A stretch of 32,000 nucleotides of DNA from Lachnospiraceae bacterium. GTDB taxonomy: Bacteria > Bacillota > Clostridia > Lachnospirales > Lachnospiraceae. Under the pieces are notes generated by a model. The model saw only the letters and a program-made list of their open reading frames with translations. It ran no database searches and was not told the origin of the DNA. The position numbers and the translations under genes were made by a program. Shown one piece after another: positions 1-9,825 of this stretch. Where the stretch lies: NCBI GenBank assembly GCA_050944355.1, contig JBMNQX010000003.1, positions 29,136 to 61,135 on the forward strand. Reading direction: 5' to 3'. Each line of letters starts with the position of its first letter. The first letter of the stretch is position 1.

Positions 1-1
1 C

Positions 2-268
2 AAAATCCGGATTCGCCCGGACGGCAGCGCCGGCGGCCACAATGGCGTAAAGAGCGTGATTGCGCGTCTGGGGACGCAGGAGTTCCGGCGCGTCAGAGTC
101 GGCGTCGGAGCCAAGCCGGCCGGATGGGATCTCGCGGACTGGGTTCTGGCCCGGTTTTCGGCCGAAGACGAACGCCTGATGGAGGATTCCAGAAAACGGG
201 CAGCCGAGGCCGCTGTCTCGCTTCTTGACACAGACGTCGCGGCGGTCATGAACCGCTATAACGCGTGA
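2..268 (+). CDS. pth: peptidyl-tRNA hydrolase, C-terminal part (5' end lies outside the window)
   Basis: The frame is open from the window edge and reads KIRIRPDGSAGGHNGVKSVIARLGTQEFRRVRVGVGAKP..., which carries the GGHNG-x-KS and F-x-R-x-R-x-G-x-G signatures of Pth. The stop is TGA 266-268. It lies directly upstream of mfd, as in Bacillus and Clostridium. Confidence 0.9.
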   Translation, partial: KIRIRPDGSAGGHNGVKSVIARLGTQEFRRVRVGVGAKPAGWDLADWVLARFSAEDERLMEDSRKRAAEAAVSLLDTDVAAVMNRYNA

Positions 269-289
269 GGCCGGAAAGAGGAAAGAGTT

Positions 290-3200
290 GTGAGGAATGC
301 GTTTCTGAAACCTGTCGGTGAGATGACAGGTCTGAAAGATCTGCGTGAAATCTACCGGAAAGGGCCGGCCGCGGCTCTCGCTTCCGGCTGCATCGACACG
401 CAGAAATGTGAATTTGTCCATGCCGCTGCCGAAGATTTTCCGGTGCGGCTTTTTGTCACGTCCGGAGAGGTCAAAGCCCGCCGCTACGCGGAAGAGTGCC
501 GTGTGTACGGCTCAGAGGCCATCTACTATCCGGCGCGCGACATTCTGTTCTATGCGGCGGACACCCACGGAAAGCAGACGGAAGGCCAGCGCATCGCCTG
601 TATCGCAAAGATCATGGACAGCTTTTCCGGGCGCCGCAAAGATCCGCGCCCGCTGACGGTCGTCACGACCATCGACGCGCTTGCCGACATGCTCCCGCCG
701 CCCGATAAATTTGAGAAAGCGTCTTTGACGCTGAAAAAAGGACAGATCATTGAGCCGTCGGATCTCACAGATCTCCTTGTGACAAATGGCTACGAGCGCA
801 CCGCCATGGTCGAAGCTCCGGGTGAAATGGCCGTCAGAGGTGATATTCTGGATGTGTATCCGTTTACCGAGGAGACGCCTGTCAGAATCGAATTCTTCGA
901 CGACGAGGTCGAATCCATCCGGCTGTTTGACGTGCAGAGCCAGCGCTCGATTGAAATGCTTGAGGAAATCCGCATCTTTCCGGCAAAAGAGTGCCTGCTT
1001 GACGAGGATGAAATCGCGGCGGGAACGGCGCGCGTAAAAAAGGAATCTGAGGAAATTCAAAAACAGATTCAGGACAAAGGCGCGGGAAATCTTGACGACA
1101 AGGATCTGGAAAGAATCAATCATCTGAGACGTCTGGTCGATGAGATGGAAAGGACGGAAAATTATGCCCGCTTCTTCCCGATGTTTTCGGATAACCCCGG
1201 CTCACTGCTTGAGTTTTTTGATCCGGCGAAGACACTCGTGGCGCTCGACGACGCGGTGCGCCTGAAGGAGACCATGGACGGCGTCTACCGGGAATTCGAG
1301 GAGAGTGCGAAAGTGCGCCTGATAAGCGGCACAATGCTTTCCGGACAGATGGCTCTGCTTCGGACCTGGGGCGATATCGCAAAAGAACTTGCCGCTTACC
1401 GGTGCCTGATTCTGGCCACATTTGATTCTCAGCCGGAAGGATTCCGGGATCTCGTATACGTGCGGGCGGACGCCAGAAGCGTCAGCAATTACGGGAATTC
1501 GTTTGAAGACCTTAAACGGGATCTCGAAGGGTACATAAAACGCAAGTATACCTGTATCGTGGCCTGTGCGAGCCGGTCCCGTGCAGGGCGGCTCGCCGAC
1601 GATCTGGCGGAAGCCGGTCTTCCGGCCGTGTCCGGCGGCGCGGAAACGGATCCGATGCCCGGCAGAATTCTTGTGACATACGGAAATATCAGCGGCGGGT
1701 ATGAATATCCGATGCTGCGTTTTATCGTCATCGCGGAGAGCGACATATTCACAAGAAAGAAAGAACACCGCAGAAAAGCGGCCTCCACGGCAAATGGCGA
1801 GGCACTGACGTCATATCAGGACCTCTCCGTGGGCGACTACGTGGTCCACGAAGATTACGGAATCGGCATCTACAGGGGAATTGTCCGCATCAGCCTCGGC
1901 GGCACCGAAAAAGACTATGTAAAGATCGAGTACGCCAGGGGGGCGGCGGTGCAGGTCCCGGCCACCCAGCTGGACCGCGTGCAGAAATACACGGCCGCGG
2001 ACAGTGCCAGAAAGCCGAAAATCACGGATCTCGGGACGTCTGAGTGGAAACGGGCCAAGACGAGGGCCCGGATGTCGGCGGAAGCCGTGGCGGATGATCT
2101 CGTGAAGCTGTATGCGGAGCGGCTCACGAAAAAGGGATTTGCGTTCAGCCCGGACACGGAGTGGCAGCGGGAATTTGAAGAGATGTTCCCGTACGAAGAG
2201 ACGGGGGACCAGCTGCGCGCGATCGCGGATGTGAAGGCCGACATGGAGAGTCCGCGGATCATGGATCGTCTGATCTGCGGAGACGTCGGTTTCGGCAAGA
2301 CGGAAATCGCGCTGCGGGCGGCGTTCAAGGCCGTTCAGGACGGAAAACAGGTCGCCATGCTGGCGCCTACTACGATCCTGTGCGATCAGCACTACAACAC
2401 ATTTCTGCAGAGAATGGAACATTTCCCGGTGAAGATCGCTGAGCTTTCGAGCTTCCGCACACCGGCGCAGAACAAGGAGACGGTCAGGGCGCTGAAAGAC
2501 GGGAGAGTTGACATCGTCATCGGAACGCACCGGCTGCTCTCGAAAGACGTGGCTTTTAAGGATCTGGGGCTTCTGATCATCGACGAGGAGCAGCGTTTCG
2601 GCGTGCGGCAGAAGGAAAAGATCAAAAATCTGCGGTCCAATGTGGACGTGATCTCGCTCTCTGCGACGCCGATACCGCGTTCGCTGCACATGAGTCTGGC
2701 CGGAATCCGCGACATGAGCGTGCTCGAAGAGCCGCCGGTCGACCGGCTCCCGATTCAGACATTTGTCACGGCTCTGGACCCGGACATGATCCGGGACGCG
2801 ATCCGCCGGGAGATCGGACGAGGCGGACAGGTGTACTTCGTGCACAACCGGGTGAACAACATCATCGACGTGACCGATCAGGTGAGGGCGCTGGTCCCGG
2901 AAGCGAGCGTCGTGTATGCGCACGGGCAGATGGACAAGCGGCAGCTCGAGAAGATCATGGAAGATTTCGTGAACGGCGAGATCGACGTTCTGGTGTCCAC
3001 CACGATCATCGAGTCCGGCGTCGACATCGGCAACTGCAATACGATTATCATCGATGACGCCACGAAACTCGGCCTGTCGCAGCTGTATCAGCTGAGGGGC
3101 CGCGTGGGACGCACGAGCCGGACGTCGTACGCGTTTCTGTTCTACAGCCGGGACAAGATTGTGTCGGATCAGGCGGAGAAGCGCCTGAACGCGATGCGGG

Positions 3201-3856
3201 AGTTCTCGGATCTGGGGAGCGGATACCGCCTGGCCATGAAGGATCTGGAAATCCGGGGCGCCGGCGACGTGCTGGGCACGATGCAGCACGGCATGACGGA
3301 GGCCATTGGGTACGATCTGTACTGCAAGATGCTGAACACGGCCGTTGCCCGCCTGAAGGGCGAGAAGATCCCGTACGAGTTCGAGACGCGTCTGGCGCTG
3401 CCGGTGGATGCGTACATGCCGGAAAATTATATCCGCACCGAGGCGGAGAAGCTGACGATGTACAAGCGGATAGCGCGGCTTTCGGATATGACGGAGCTCT
3501 CGAATCTGGAGGACGAGCTGACGGACCGCTACGGACCGGTGCCCTCTCCGGCCCATCAGCTGCTGCTGTCGGCTCTCGTCAAGGCGAAGGCACACGCCAT
3601 CGGGGCCTGCGAGGTGAGAGGCAAGAGAGACGGACAGTTCTGGATCACACAGCTCACCTTTACGCCGCAGACGACGCCGGACACGGTGAAGGCGCAGAAA
3701 GCGGCCGGCGAGTTCGGGGGATCCCTTCTCTTCGCGCCGGGAAAAGACGGCGGCATTTTCGTGTGGAGAGTTTCGGAGAGTAAAGCGGCAAATGTGCAGG
3801 AATATCTCGAGAGCGTTATTGCGATGATCGAGCGCCTGAACCCGCTCCTGGCCTGA
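290..3856 (+). CDS. mfd: transcription-repair coupling factor Mfd
   Basis: 1188-aa ORF with a CarD/TRCF-type RNAP-interaction block (LSVGDYVVHEDYGIGIYRGI) and SF2 helicase motifs GDVGFGKTE, IIDEEQRFG, SATPIPR and QLRGRVGR. The GTG start at 290 follows GAAAGAG; an alternative ATG lies at 323. It follows pth. Confidence 0.97.
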   Translation: MRNAFLKPVGEMTGLKDLREIYRKGPAAALASGCIDTQKCEFVHAAAEDFPVRLFVTSGEVKARRYAEECRVYGSEAIYYPARDILFYAADTHGKQTEGQRIACIAKIMDSFSGRRKDPRPLTVVTTIDALADMLPPPDKFEKASLTLKKGQIIEPSDLTDLLVTNGYERTAMVEAPGEMAVRGDILDVYPFTEETPVRIEFFDDEVESIRLFDVQSQRSIEMLEEIRIFPAKECLLDEDEIAAGTARVKKESEEIQKQIQDKGAGNLDDKDLERINHLRRLVDEMERTENYARFFPMFSDNPGSLLEFFDPAKTLVALDDAVRLKETMDGVYREFEESAKVRLISGTMLSGQMALLRTWGDIAKELAAYRCLILATFDSQPEGFRDLVYVRADARSVSNYGNSFEDLKRDLEGYIKRKYTCIVACASRSRAGRLADDLAEAGLPAVSGGAETDPMPGRILVTYGNISGGYEYPMLRFIVIAESDIFTRKKEHRRKAASTANGEALTSYQDLSVGDYVVHEDYGIGIYRGIVRISLGGTEKDYVKIEYARGAAVQVPATQLDRVQKYTAADSARKPKITDLGTSEWKRAKTRARMSAEAVADDLVKLYAERLTKKGFAFSPDTEWQREFEEMFPYEETGDQLRAIADVKADMESPRIMDRLICGDVGFGKTEIALRAAFKAVQDGKQVAMLAPTTILCDQHYNTFLQRMEHFPVKIAELSSFRTPAQNKETVRALKDGRVDIVIGTHRLLSKDVAFKDLGLLIIDEEQRFGVRQKEKIKNLRSNVDVISLSATPIPRSLHMSLAGIRDMSVLEEPPVDRLPIQTFVTALDPDMIRDAIRREIGRGGQVYFVHNRVNNIIDVTDQVRALVPEASVVYAHGQMDKRQLEKIMEDFVNGEIDVLVSTTIIESGVDIGNCNTIIIDDATKLGLSQLYQLRGRVGRTSRTSYAFLFYSRDKIVSDQAEKRLNAMREFSDLGSGYRLAMKDLEIRGAGDVLGTMQHGMTEAIGYDLYCKMLNTAVARLKGEKIPYEFETRLALPVDAYMPENYIRTEAEKLTMYKRIARLSDMTELSNLEDELTDRYGPVPSPAHQLLLSALVKAKAHAIGACEVRGKRDGQFWITQLTFTPQTTPDTVKAQKAAGEFGGSLLFAPGKDGGIFVWRVSESKAANVQEYLESVIAMIERLNPLLA

Positions 3857-3864
3857 TGCGGGCG

Positions 3865-3893
3865 TTGACTAATTCCGATGCGGATACTATAAT
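3865..3893 (+). promoter_or_regulatory. sigma-A type promoter for ilvE (TTGACT-17 nt-TATAAT)
   Basis: TTGACT lies at 3865-3870 and a perfect TATAAT at 3888-3893, with a 17-nt spacer. It sits in the mfd-ilvE intergenic region about 90 nt upstream of ATG 3982. Confidence 0.6.
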
Positions 3894-3981
3894 TTAGCCT
3901 AATCCGCAGTGGTTTTATTCCACTGGACAAAGGCCGGAAAGTTCCGCCACCGGATACTATTAGGAAAGGAAGAACGGCAGA

Positions 3982-5013
3982 ATGGAAAAAAAGAATCTGG
4001 ACTGGGCGAATCTGGGCTTCGCTTATATGAAGACAGACAAGCGCTATGTCGCCAACTACAAGAACGGCGCATGGGATGAGGGCGGTCTCACAGACGACGC
4101 GATGATCACGATGAGCGAGGACGCCGGCGTACTTCAGTATTCACAGTCTGTATTCGAAGGACTGAAGGCGTACACAACAAAGGACGGCCGTACTGTTACA
4201 TTCAGACCGGACCTGAACGCAGAGAGAATGTACAACTCGGCACAGCGGCTTGAGATTCCGCCGTTCCCGAAGGACAGGTTTGTAAAAGCGGTGCTCGAGG
4301 TCGTAAAGGCCAATGAAGCATGGGTTCCGCCGTATGGTTCCGGCGCCACACTGTATCTCCGTCCTTACGTATTCGGCATCAGCCCTGTCATCGGCGTAAA
4401 GCCGGCTGACGAGTATCAGTTCCGCATTTTTGCGACTCCGGTAGGCCCGTATTTCAAGGGCGGCGCAAAGCCGATCCGCGTGAAGATTTCGGATTTCGAC
4501 CGCGCGGCTCCGAGAGGCACCGGCAACATCAAGGCCGGACTGAACTATGCGATGAGCCTGCATGCCATCGTGCTTGCTCACAAGGAAGGCTTTGCGGAGA
4601 ACATCTATCTGGATCCGGCAACGCGCACGTACATCGAAGAGACCGGCGGCGCCAACATCCTCTTTGCCGATCATGACGGCAATCTGGTTGTTCCGAAGTC
4701 CGACAGCATTCTGCCGTCTGTCACAAGAAGAAGCCTTGAGTATGTCGCAGAGCATTATCTGGGCATGAAGGTCGACGAGAGAAAAGTAAAGCTTTCGGAA
4801 GTGTTCGACGGAGAGTTCACCGAGTGCGGACTCTGCGGAACCGCGGCGGTTATTTCCCCGATCGGTCAGATCAACGACCACGGCAGGGAGTACACGTTCG
4901 AGAGCGGCATGGAAGAGATGGGGCCTGTCATGGGCAAGCTCAGATCCACGCTCCTCGGCATCCAGGAAGGTGAAATTGAGGCACCGGAAGGCTGGATTTA
5001 CGAAGTAAAATAA
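3982..5013 (+). CDS. ilvE: branched-chain amino acid aminotransferase (class IV PLP enzyme)
   Basis: 343-aa ORF with blocks typical of Firmicutes IlvE (YbgE/YwaA type): LDWANLGFAYMKTD, SVFEGLKAY, TLYLRPY, GTGNIKAGLNYAMSL and EETGGANILF. The RBS GGAAAGGAAG lies upstream. Confidence 0.93.
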   Translation: MEKKNLDWANLGFAYMKTDKRYVANYKNGAWDEGGLTDDAMITMSEDAGVLQYSQSVFEGLKAYTTKDGRTVTFRPDLNAERMYNSAQRLEIPPFPKDRFVKAVLEVVKANEAWVPPYGSGATLYLRPYVFGISPVIGVKPADEYQFRIFATPVGPYFKGGAKPIRVKISDFDRAAPRGTGNIKAGLNYAMSLHAIVLAHKEGFAENIYLDPATRTYIEETGGANILFADHDGNLVVPKSDSILPSVTRRSLEYVAEHYLGMKVDERKVKLSEVFDGEFTECGLCGTAAVISPIGQINDHGREYTFESGMEEMGPVMGKLRSTLLGIQEGEIEAPEGWIYEVK

Positions 5014-5040
5014 TACACACGAAATAATGGCTTGTAAGCT

Positions 5041-5078
5041 GCCGCATCCGGGTGTGAAACACCGGATGCGGCTTTTTT
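5041..5078 (+). terminator. rho-independent terminator of ilvE
   Basis: The GC-rich stem GCCGCATCCGG (5041-5051) pairs with CCGGATGCGGC (5062-5072) and is followed by TTTTTT (5073-5078). Confidence 0.85.
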
Positions 5079-5251
5079 GTGCGAAGACCCCGGAAGCGCC
5101 GCGCCTGCCGGCCGCAGACACGTTTCCCGCGCATGGAATTTATCACAGTGATATGGTAGTATGGTGAATAACGATCAGAGACATCATTTGTCATGGGGAA
5201 AACTGATCAATTTTACTGCTCTCTCATGTGCGGGGAGCTGAAAGAGGAAGT

Positions 5252-6784
5252 ATGAGACTGAAATACAGAAAATGGACGGTTCCGCTGCTCCTGCTTTTTA
5301 TGGCGGCGGCGCTGATCACGCCGGCACTCAGAACGCAGGCTGACAGCAGCACGGACAACGACGACAACACGTTTATCGTCGGTTTCGACGCGGAATTCCC
5401 GCCGTACGGATATAAGGATGAAAACGGCGAATACGTGGGGTTTGATCTGTCGCTCGCACAGGAGGTGTGCGAGCGGAACGGTTGGACACTGATCAAGCAG
5501 CCAATTGACTGGAACTCGAAGGACATGGAGCTGAATTCCGGTTCGATTGACTGTATCTGGAACGGTTTCACCATGGACGGACGGGAAGACGAGTACACAT
5601 GGTCGAGCGCGTACATCGACAATTCCCAGGTCGTGGCGGTCAGAAGCGACTCTTCGATCAATTCGCTCGATGATCTCGCCGGCAAGACCGTCATCGTTCA
5701 GCAGGATTCTTCCGCCCTGGCCGCGTTCACCGGGGATGACGCGACGGAGGAGAACAAGGCTCTGGCCGCGTCGTTTGCGGAGCTGCAGCAGGTCAGCGAC
5801 TACAACAGCGCGTTCATGAACCTGGAATCCGGCGTCGCGGACGCGGTGTGCCTGGACATCGGCGTGGCCAACTATCAGCTCGCCAACAGCGGCGGCAAGT
5901 TCCGCCTGCTCTCGGAACAGGTTTCAAGTGAACACTACGGCATCGGCTTCAAAAAGGGCAACACGGAGCTGCGCGACAAAGTCCAGGCGACGCTCAACGA
6001 GATGCTCTCGGACGGAACCTTTGCGGAAATTGCGGAAGAATGGGGACTGTCGGATGCCGTGTGCCTCGGCGAGGAGGGCGCTGACGCCGTGATGCGCTCA
6101 GAGACGTCGGGCAGCAGCAGCGGTTTCACATTCGCGGATTTCCTTGACATCATGGGGCAGCTCCTGCAGGGCTTCGGGGCGACGCTGACGATTTTCTTCC
6201 TCACACTGATTTTTTCCCTGCCTCTCGGTCTGCTCGTTACATTCATGCGCATGTCGCGCCATGCGGTACCGCACTGGATCGCGCGCGTGTTCATCTCGAT
6301 TCTGCGGGGCACGCCGCTGATGCTCCAGCTGCTCGTCGTGTTCTTCGGACCGTACTATGTGTTTCGGATCAGCCTGTCAAATGCCTGGCGGTTCTGGGCC
6401 GTGATCATCGGTTTCTCGATCAACTACGCGGCGTATTTCGCCGAAATTTTCCGCGCCGGCATCGAAGGCGTCCCGAGAGGGCAGCGGGAAGCGGCTCAGG
6501 TTCTGGGCTACACGAAGCGCCAGACGTTCACCCGCATCATATTCCCGCAGATGGTCAGACGGGTTATGCCGCCGGTGACGAACGAAGTCATCACGCTGGT
6601 CAAGGATACTTCCCTTGCTTTTGCCCTGGCCTATACCGAGATGTTCACGCTCGCCAAGCAGATCGCGGCGACGCGCTCGAACATCCTGCCTCTGTTTGCG
6701 GCCGGCCTGTTCTACTACATATTCAACTTCCTCGTTGAATTTGTGATGGGACGCATCGAAAAGAAACTCAATTACTTCGAGTGA
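5252..6784 (+). CDS. polar amino acid ABC transporter, fused substrate-binding domain and permease (GlnP-like SBD-TMD fusion)
   Basis: The N-terminal signal/anchor is KYRKWTVPLLLLFMAAALITPALRTQA. It is followed by a family-3 solute-binding domain (FIVGFDAEFPPYGYKDENGEYVGFDLSLAQEV, DCIWNGFT, HYGIGFKKGN). The C-terminal half is a His/Glu/Gln/Arg-type permease with an EAA loop (EAAQVLGYTKRQTFTRIIFPQ). ATG 5252 is preferred over the track's GTG 5228 because AAAGAGGAAG lies at 5241-5250. Confidence 0.9.
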   Translation: MRLKYRKWTVPLLLLFMAAALITPALRTQADSSTDNDDNTFIVGFDAEFPPYGYKDENGEYVGFDLSLAQEVCERNGWTLIKQPIDWNSKDMELNSGSIDCIWNGFTMDGREDEYTWSSAYIDNSQVVAVRSDSSINSLDDLAGKTVIVQQDSSALAAFTGDDATEENKALAASFAELQQVSDYNSAFMNLESGVADAVCLDIGVANYQLANSGGKFRLLSEQVSSEHYGIGFKKGNTELRDKVQATLNEMLSDGTFAEIAEEWGLSDAVCLGEEGADAVMRSETSGSSSGFTFADFLDIMGQLLQGFGATLTIFFLTLIFSLPLGLLVTFMRMSRHAVPHWIARVFISILRGTPLMLQLLVVFFGPYYVFRISLSNAWRFWAVIIGFSINYAAYFAEIFRAGIEGVPRGQREAAQVLGYTKRQTFTRIIFPQMVRRVMPPVTNEVITLVKDTSLAFALAYTEMFTLAKQIAATRSNILPLFAAGLFYYIFNFLVEFVMGRIEKKLNYFE

Positions 6785-6799
6785 TAAGGAGAGCAGAAA

Positions 6800-7558
6800 A
6801 TGTCAGTATTATCGATCAGTCATCTGAAAAAACAGTTCGACGGAAAAGTCGTGCTCTCCGATATTTCCCTTGACGTAGAGCAGGGCGAAGTCGTGGTCAT
6901 CATCGGCCCTTCAGGGTCCGGAAAATCGACCCTGCTGCGCTGCGCCACGTTCCTGGAGACCATGGACTACGGCAGCCTTTCCTACAACGGAGTCAGCGCC
7001 ATGACAAATGCGCCCGGCGAGCCCTGTGTCTATAAATCGGAGGATGAGCTGCGAAAACTCAAGAGCAATTTCGGACTTGTGTTCCAGGATTTCAATCTGT
7101 TTCCTCACTTTACGGTCATGCAGAATATCTGCGACGCGCCGATTCACGTGCAGAAGCGCGACCCGGAAGAAGTAAAGAAGCAGGCCCAGTCGCTGCTGGA
7201 AAAGGTGGGACTTGCCGATCGCGGCGGCGCATATCCGGGGCAGCTCTCCGGAGGGCAGAAACAGCGCGTCGCCATCGCGAGGGCGTTGTGCATGAACCCG
7301 AAGATGCTGTTTTTTGACGAGCCGACTTCGGCGCTCGACCCGGAGATCACGGCCGGAATTCTGCGCGTCATGAGACAGCTCGCCGCCGAACACATGACCA
7401 TGGTTGTCGTCACCCATGAAATCGACTTTGCCCGCCGGGTGGCGGACCGCGTGATTTTCATGGACGGCGGCGTGATCGTGGAAGAGGGCAGGCCGGAGGA
7501 TGTCATCGACAACCCGAAGAACGCCCGCACCCAGGCATTCCTTCGAAAGCTGTCGTGA
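6800..7558 (+). CDS. amino acid ABC transporter ATP-binding protein (GlnQ-like)
   Basis: Walker [13 protein letters not shown] signature [15 protein letters not shown], Walker [12 protein letters not shown] and H-loop VVVTHE are present. It starts 15 nt after the permease stop. Confidence 0.95.
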   Translation: MSVLSISHLKKQFDGKVVLSDISLDVEQGEVVVIIGPSGSGKSTLLRCATFLETMDYGSLSYNGVSAMTNAPGEPCVYKSEDELRKLKSNFGLVFQDFNLFPHFTVMQNICDAPIHVQKRDPEEVKKQAQSLLEKVGLADRGGAYPGQLSGGQKQRVAIARALCMNPKMLFFDEPTSALDPEITAGILRVMRQLAAEHMTMVVVTHEIDFARRVADRVIFMDGGVIVEEGRPEDVIDNPKNARTQAFLRKLS

Positions 7559-7586
7559 CTTAAGAAGAATTTTGGGAGGCATAGAC

Positions 7587-8564
7587 ATGAAGCTTTTTGT
7601 TTACAGCATGCGGCCATATGATGAGGCGGCCATTTTCAAAAGACTCAGCGGAAAATACAATCTGGAAATTTCGTCAACAGAGCAGACACCGTGCCTGGAA
7701 AATGTTAAAATGGCAACAGGATATGATGTTGTGGACATTATCACGACACCGATGACGGAAGAGATCCTGAGTGCTTTCAAGGCTGTCGGCGTGAAGTGTA
7801 TCGCGACCCGCACAATCGGGTTTGACCACATCGATCTTGATGCCGCGAGAAAGCTGGGTCTCGGCGTGGTTCATGTGACATATTCTCCTTCTACCGTCGC
7901 GGATTACGCGATTATGATGATGCTGATCGGCCTGCGCAAAATACCATTTATCATGCAGAAAGCGCAGGCACAGGATTTTACGCTCAACGGGAGCATCGGC
8001 CGTGAAATCGAGGACTGCACGGTAGGCGTGATCGGAACCGGCCGGATCGGAAAGACGGTCATCCGGCATCTGTCGGGCTTTGGCTGCCGGATTCTGGCTT
8101 ACGACGTATACCCGGACGAGAAGCTGGGTGTGAAGTACGTGAGCCTCGATGAGCTGCTGCGGGAAAGCGACGTGATCACCCTGCACGCGCCCGGCATGGA
8201 CGAGACATTTCACATGATCGGCGAAAAACAGTTTGCCGAGATGAAAGACGGTGTTGTTCTGATCAACTGCGCGAGGGGGTCGCTTGTGGATTCTGACGCC
8301 CTGCTTGGTGCGCTCGACTCGGGAAAAGTCGGGTTTGCCGGTCTTGATGTCGTGGAAAATGAGGCGGGACTCTATTATTTCAACCGCATGGGCGAGCCGC
8401 TGAAGAACCCTGAGCTGGCTCTGCTGAAATCGTATCCGAATGTTCTGGTGACTCCGCATACGGCTTTCTACACGGAGAGGGCCGTGTCAGATATGGCGGA
8501 AAATTCCATCGTGGCTGCGCTCGATTACATACAGGGAAAGGAGAATCCTTTTATTGTGAGCTGA
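7587..8564 (+). CDS. D-isomer-specific 2-hydroxyacid dehydrogenase (D-lactate / D-2-hydroxyisocaproate dehydrogenase-like)
   Basis: It has the NAD fold GVIGTGRIGKTV and catalytic-triad contexts NCARG, LDVVENE and VTPHTAF. ATG 7587 follows GGGAGG (7574-7579). The track's 7500 start is an extension that overlaps the ATPase gene. Confidence 0.9.
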   Translation: MKLFVYSMRPYDEAAIFKRLSGKYNLEISSTEQTPCLENVKMATGYDVVDIITTPMTEEILSAFKAVGVKCIATRTIGFDHIDLDAARKLGLGVVHVTYSPSTVADYAIMMMLIGLRKIPFIMQKAQAQDFTLNGSIGREIEDCTVGVIGTGRIGKTVIRHLSGFGCRILAYDVYPDEKLGVKYVSLDELLRESDVITLHAPGMDETFHMIGEKQFAEMKDGVVLINCARGSLVDSDALLGALDSGKVGFAGLDVVENEAGLYYFNRMGEPLKNPELALLKSYPNVLVTPHTAFYTERAVSDMAENSIVAALDYIQGKENPFIVS

Positions 8565-8648
8565 GAGCGCCGGGCGGAGAAAACCGGACGAATACTTTAC
8601 GGGCACAGAGCGTGCCGGACAAATAAAAAGAAAGGAGAGCTTTTAGAG

Positions 8649-9668
8649 TTGACGGACAAGGGCAGAACAGGAATCCGGGATGTTGCCGAAGCAGCCGGTG
8701 TGTCGCTTTCGTCGGTCTCCCGGTATCTCAACAACGGGTATGTGAGTGAGGAAAAACGGGAAAAGATCCGCAAAGCGATTGAAGAGACCGGGTACGCCGC
8801 ACAGAAGCCGGAACCTGTCAGCCACGGAAGAAAGACCGGGCTGATCGGAGTGATTATTCCGAGACTTCGCTCGGAGACGATTGCGAGCGTCGTGGATGGC
8901 ATTCAGTCGGTTCTCGGAGACAACGGCTACCAGATGCTTCTGACGTGCACCGAGGGCGATGAGGCGCGCGAGGTGAGCTATATCGGTCTTTTCGGGTCCT
9001 ATCCGGTCGACGGAATCATACTGTCCGGAACGGTTCTGACAAAAATGCATCGTATTGCGATGAAAAAGACAAAAATTCCCATCGTCACGGTGGGACAGCA
9101 TTTTGACAACATGTGGTGCGTGTATCACGATGACGTGGAGGCCGGAAGACTTCTGACGGACGATCTGATTCAGGCGGGATGCAGGAAGCCTGCCATGCTG
9201 GCGGTCCGTCAGGATGATATCTCGGCCGGCGCCGACAGACTGAAGGGATACAAAGAGGCGCTTTCTGCCTCCGGTATGAAGTTCAATTCCTCCTATGTGC
9301 GCGAGGTGCCATTTACCACGGAGGGCGGATACATAGCCACGGGCGAACTGATGGTGGAGCATCCGGACATCGACGGATTTTTCTGTGCGACGGATTCGAT
9401 TGCCATCGGCGCCATGCAGAAGCTTGAGGAGATGGGATTCAATATACCGCGCGACGTGAAGGTCTGCGGCGTGGGGCACAGCCGCCTGAGCCGCGTGGTA
9501 AAGCCAAAACTCACGACCGCTCATCTGTTTTACGGGAGGAGCGGTTCCGAGGCTGCCAGAATGCTGCTTTCGCTTATTGACGGGAAAATACCCGAAGAAA
9601 AACAGATCCGGCTGCCGGTAGAACTGGTGAAAGGACAGACAACGGCCGCTGGTCAGGAGGACAGGTAA
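8649..9668 (+). CDS. scrR: LacI-family transcriptional repressor (sucrose operon repressor-like)
   Basis: It has the N-terminal [28 protein letters not shown] and a periplasmic-binding-protein-like sugar domain. The TTG start follows AAAGGAGAG. It sits directly upstream of the PTS and GH32 genes. Confidence 0.88.
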   Translation: MTDKGRTGIRDVAEAAGVSLSSVSRYLNNGYVSEEKREKIRKAIEETGYAAQKPEPVSHGRKTGLIGVIIPRLRSETIASVVDGIQSVLGDNGYQMLLTCTEGDEAREVSYIGLFGSYPVDGIILSGTVLTKMHRIAMKKTKIPIVTVGQHFDNMWCVYHDDVEAGRLLTDDLIQAGCRKPAMLAVRQDDISAGADRLKGYKEALSASGMKFNSSYVREVPFTTEGGYIATGELMVEHPDIDGFFCATDSIAIGAMQKLEEMGFNIPRDVKVCGVGHSRLSRVVKPKLTTAHLFYGRSGSEAARMLLSLIDGKIPEEKQIRLPVELVKGQTTAAGQEDR

Positions 9669-9672
9669 CAGT

Positions 9673-9825
9673 ATGGATTACGCAAAATCTGCACATGAAG
9701 TCCTTGTCAACATAGGCGGCAGGGACAATCTGGTGTCCGCCGCGCACTGCGCCACGAGACTTCGTCTTGTGGTGGCGGACAACAACAAGGTAGACAGAAA
9801 AAAGTGGAAGCGGTCGACGGCGTAA
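9673..9825 (+). CDS. scrA: PTS EIIB domain N-terminal fragment (5' part of the scrA-like gene, displaced by a frameshift; not in the ORF track)
   Basis: ATG 9673 lies 12 nt after CAGGAGGA. The frame reads [44 protein letters not shown] and then WKRSTA-stop (TAA 9823-9825). NIGG-x-x-N...HC-x-TRLR is the glucose/sucrose-family EIIB phospho-cysteine motif. Confidence 0.8.
   Translation: MDYAKSAHEVLVNIGGRDNLVSAAHCATRLRLVVADNNKVDRKKWKRSTA

Noticed and set aside
1811-3595. 594-aa ORF on the minus strand inside mfd.
   Set aside because: It is fully antisense to an unmistakable mfd reading frame. Its translation is Arg/His/Leu/Pro-rich low-complexity sequence with no motifs. This is the typical shadow ORF of a GC-rich gene.
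3894-3981. Possible T-box, riboswitch or attenuator in the ilvE leader, including the small hairpin CAGTGG-TTTTATT-CCACTG at 3907-3925.
   Set aside because: The leader is only about 90 nt, too short for a T-box. It has no T-box consensus (AGGGTGGNACCGCG-like) and no terminator/antiterminator pair with a U-tract. The hairpin alone is not diagnostic.
8565-8648. Searched for a LacI/CcpA-type palindromic operator (cre-like TGWAANCGNTNWCA) and a clear promoter upstream of scrR-scrA-scrB.
   Set aside because: No convincing palindrome or -35/-10 pair is visible by eye. Only a 5-bp hairpin is present (GGCAC-AGAGC-GTGCC).
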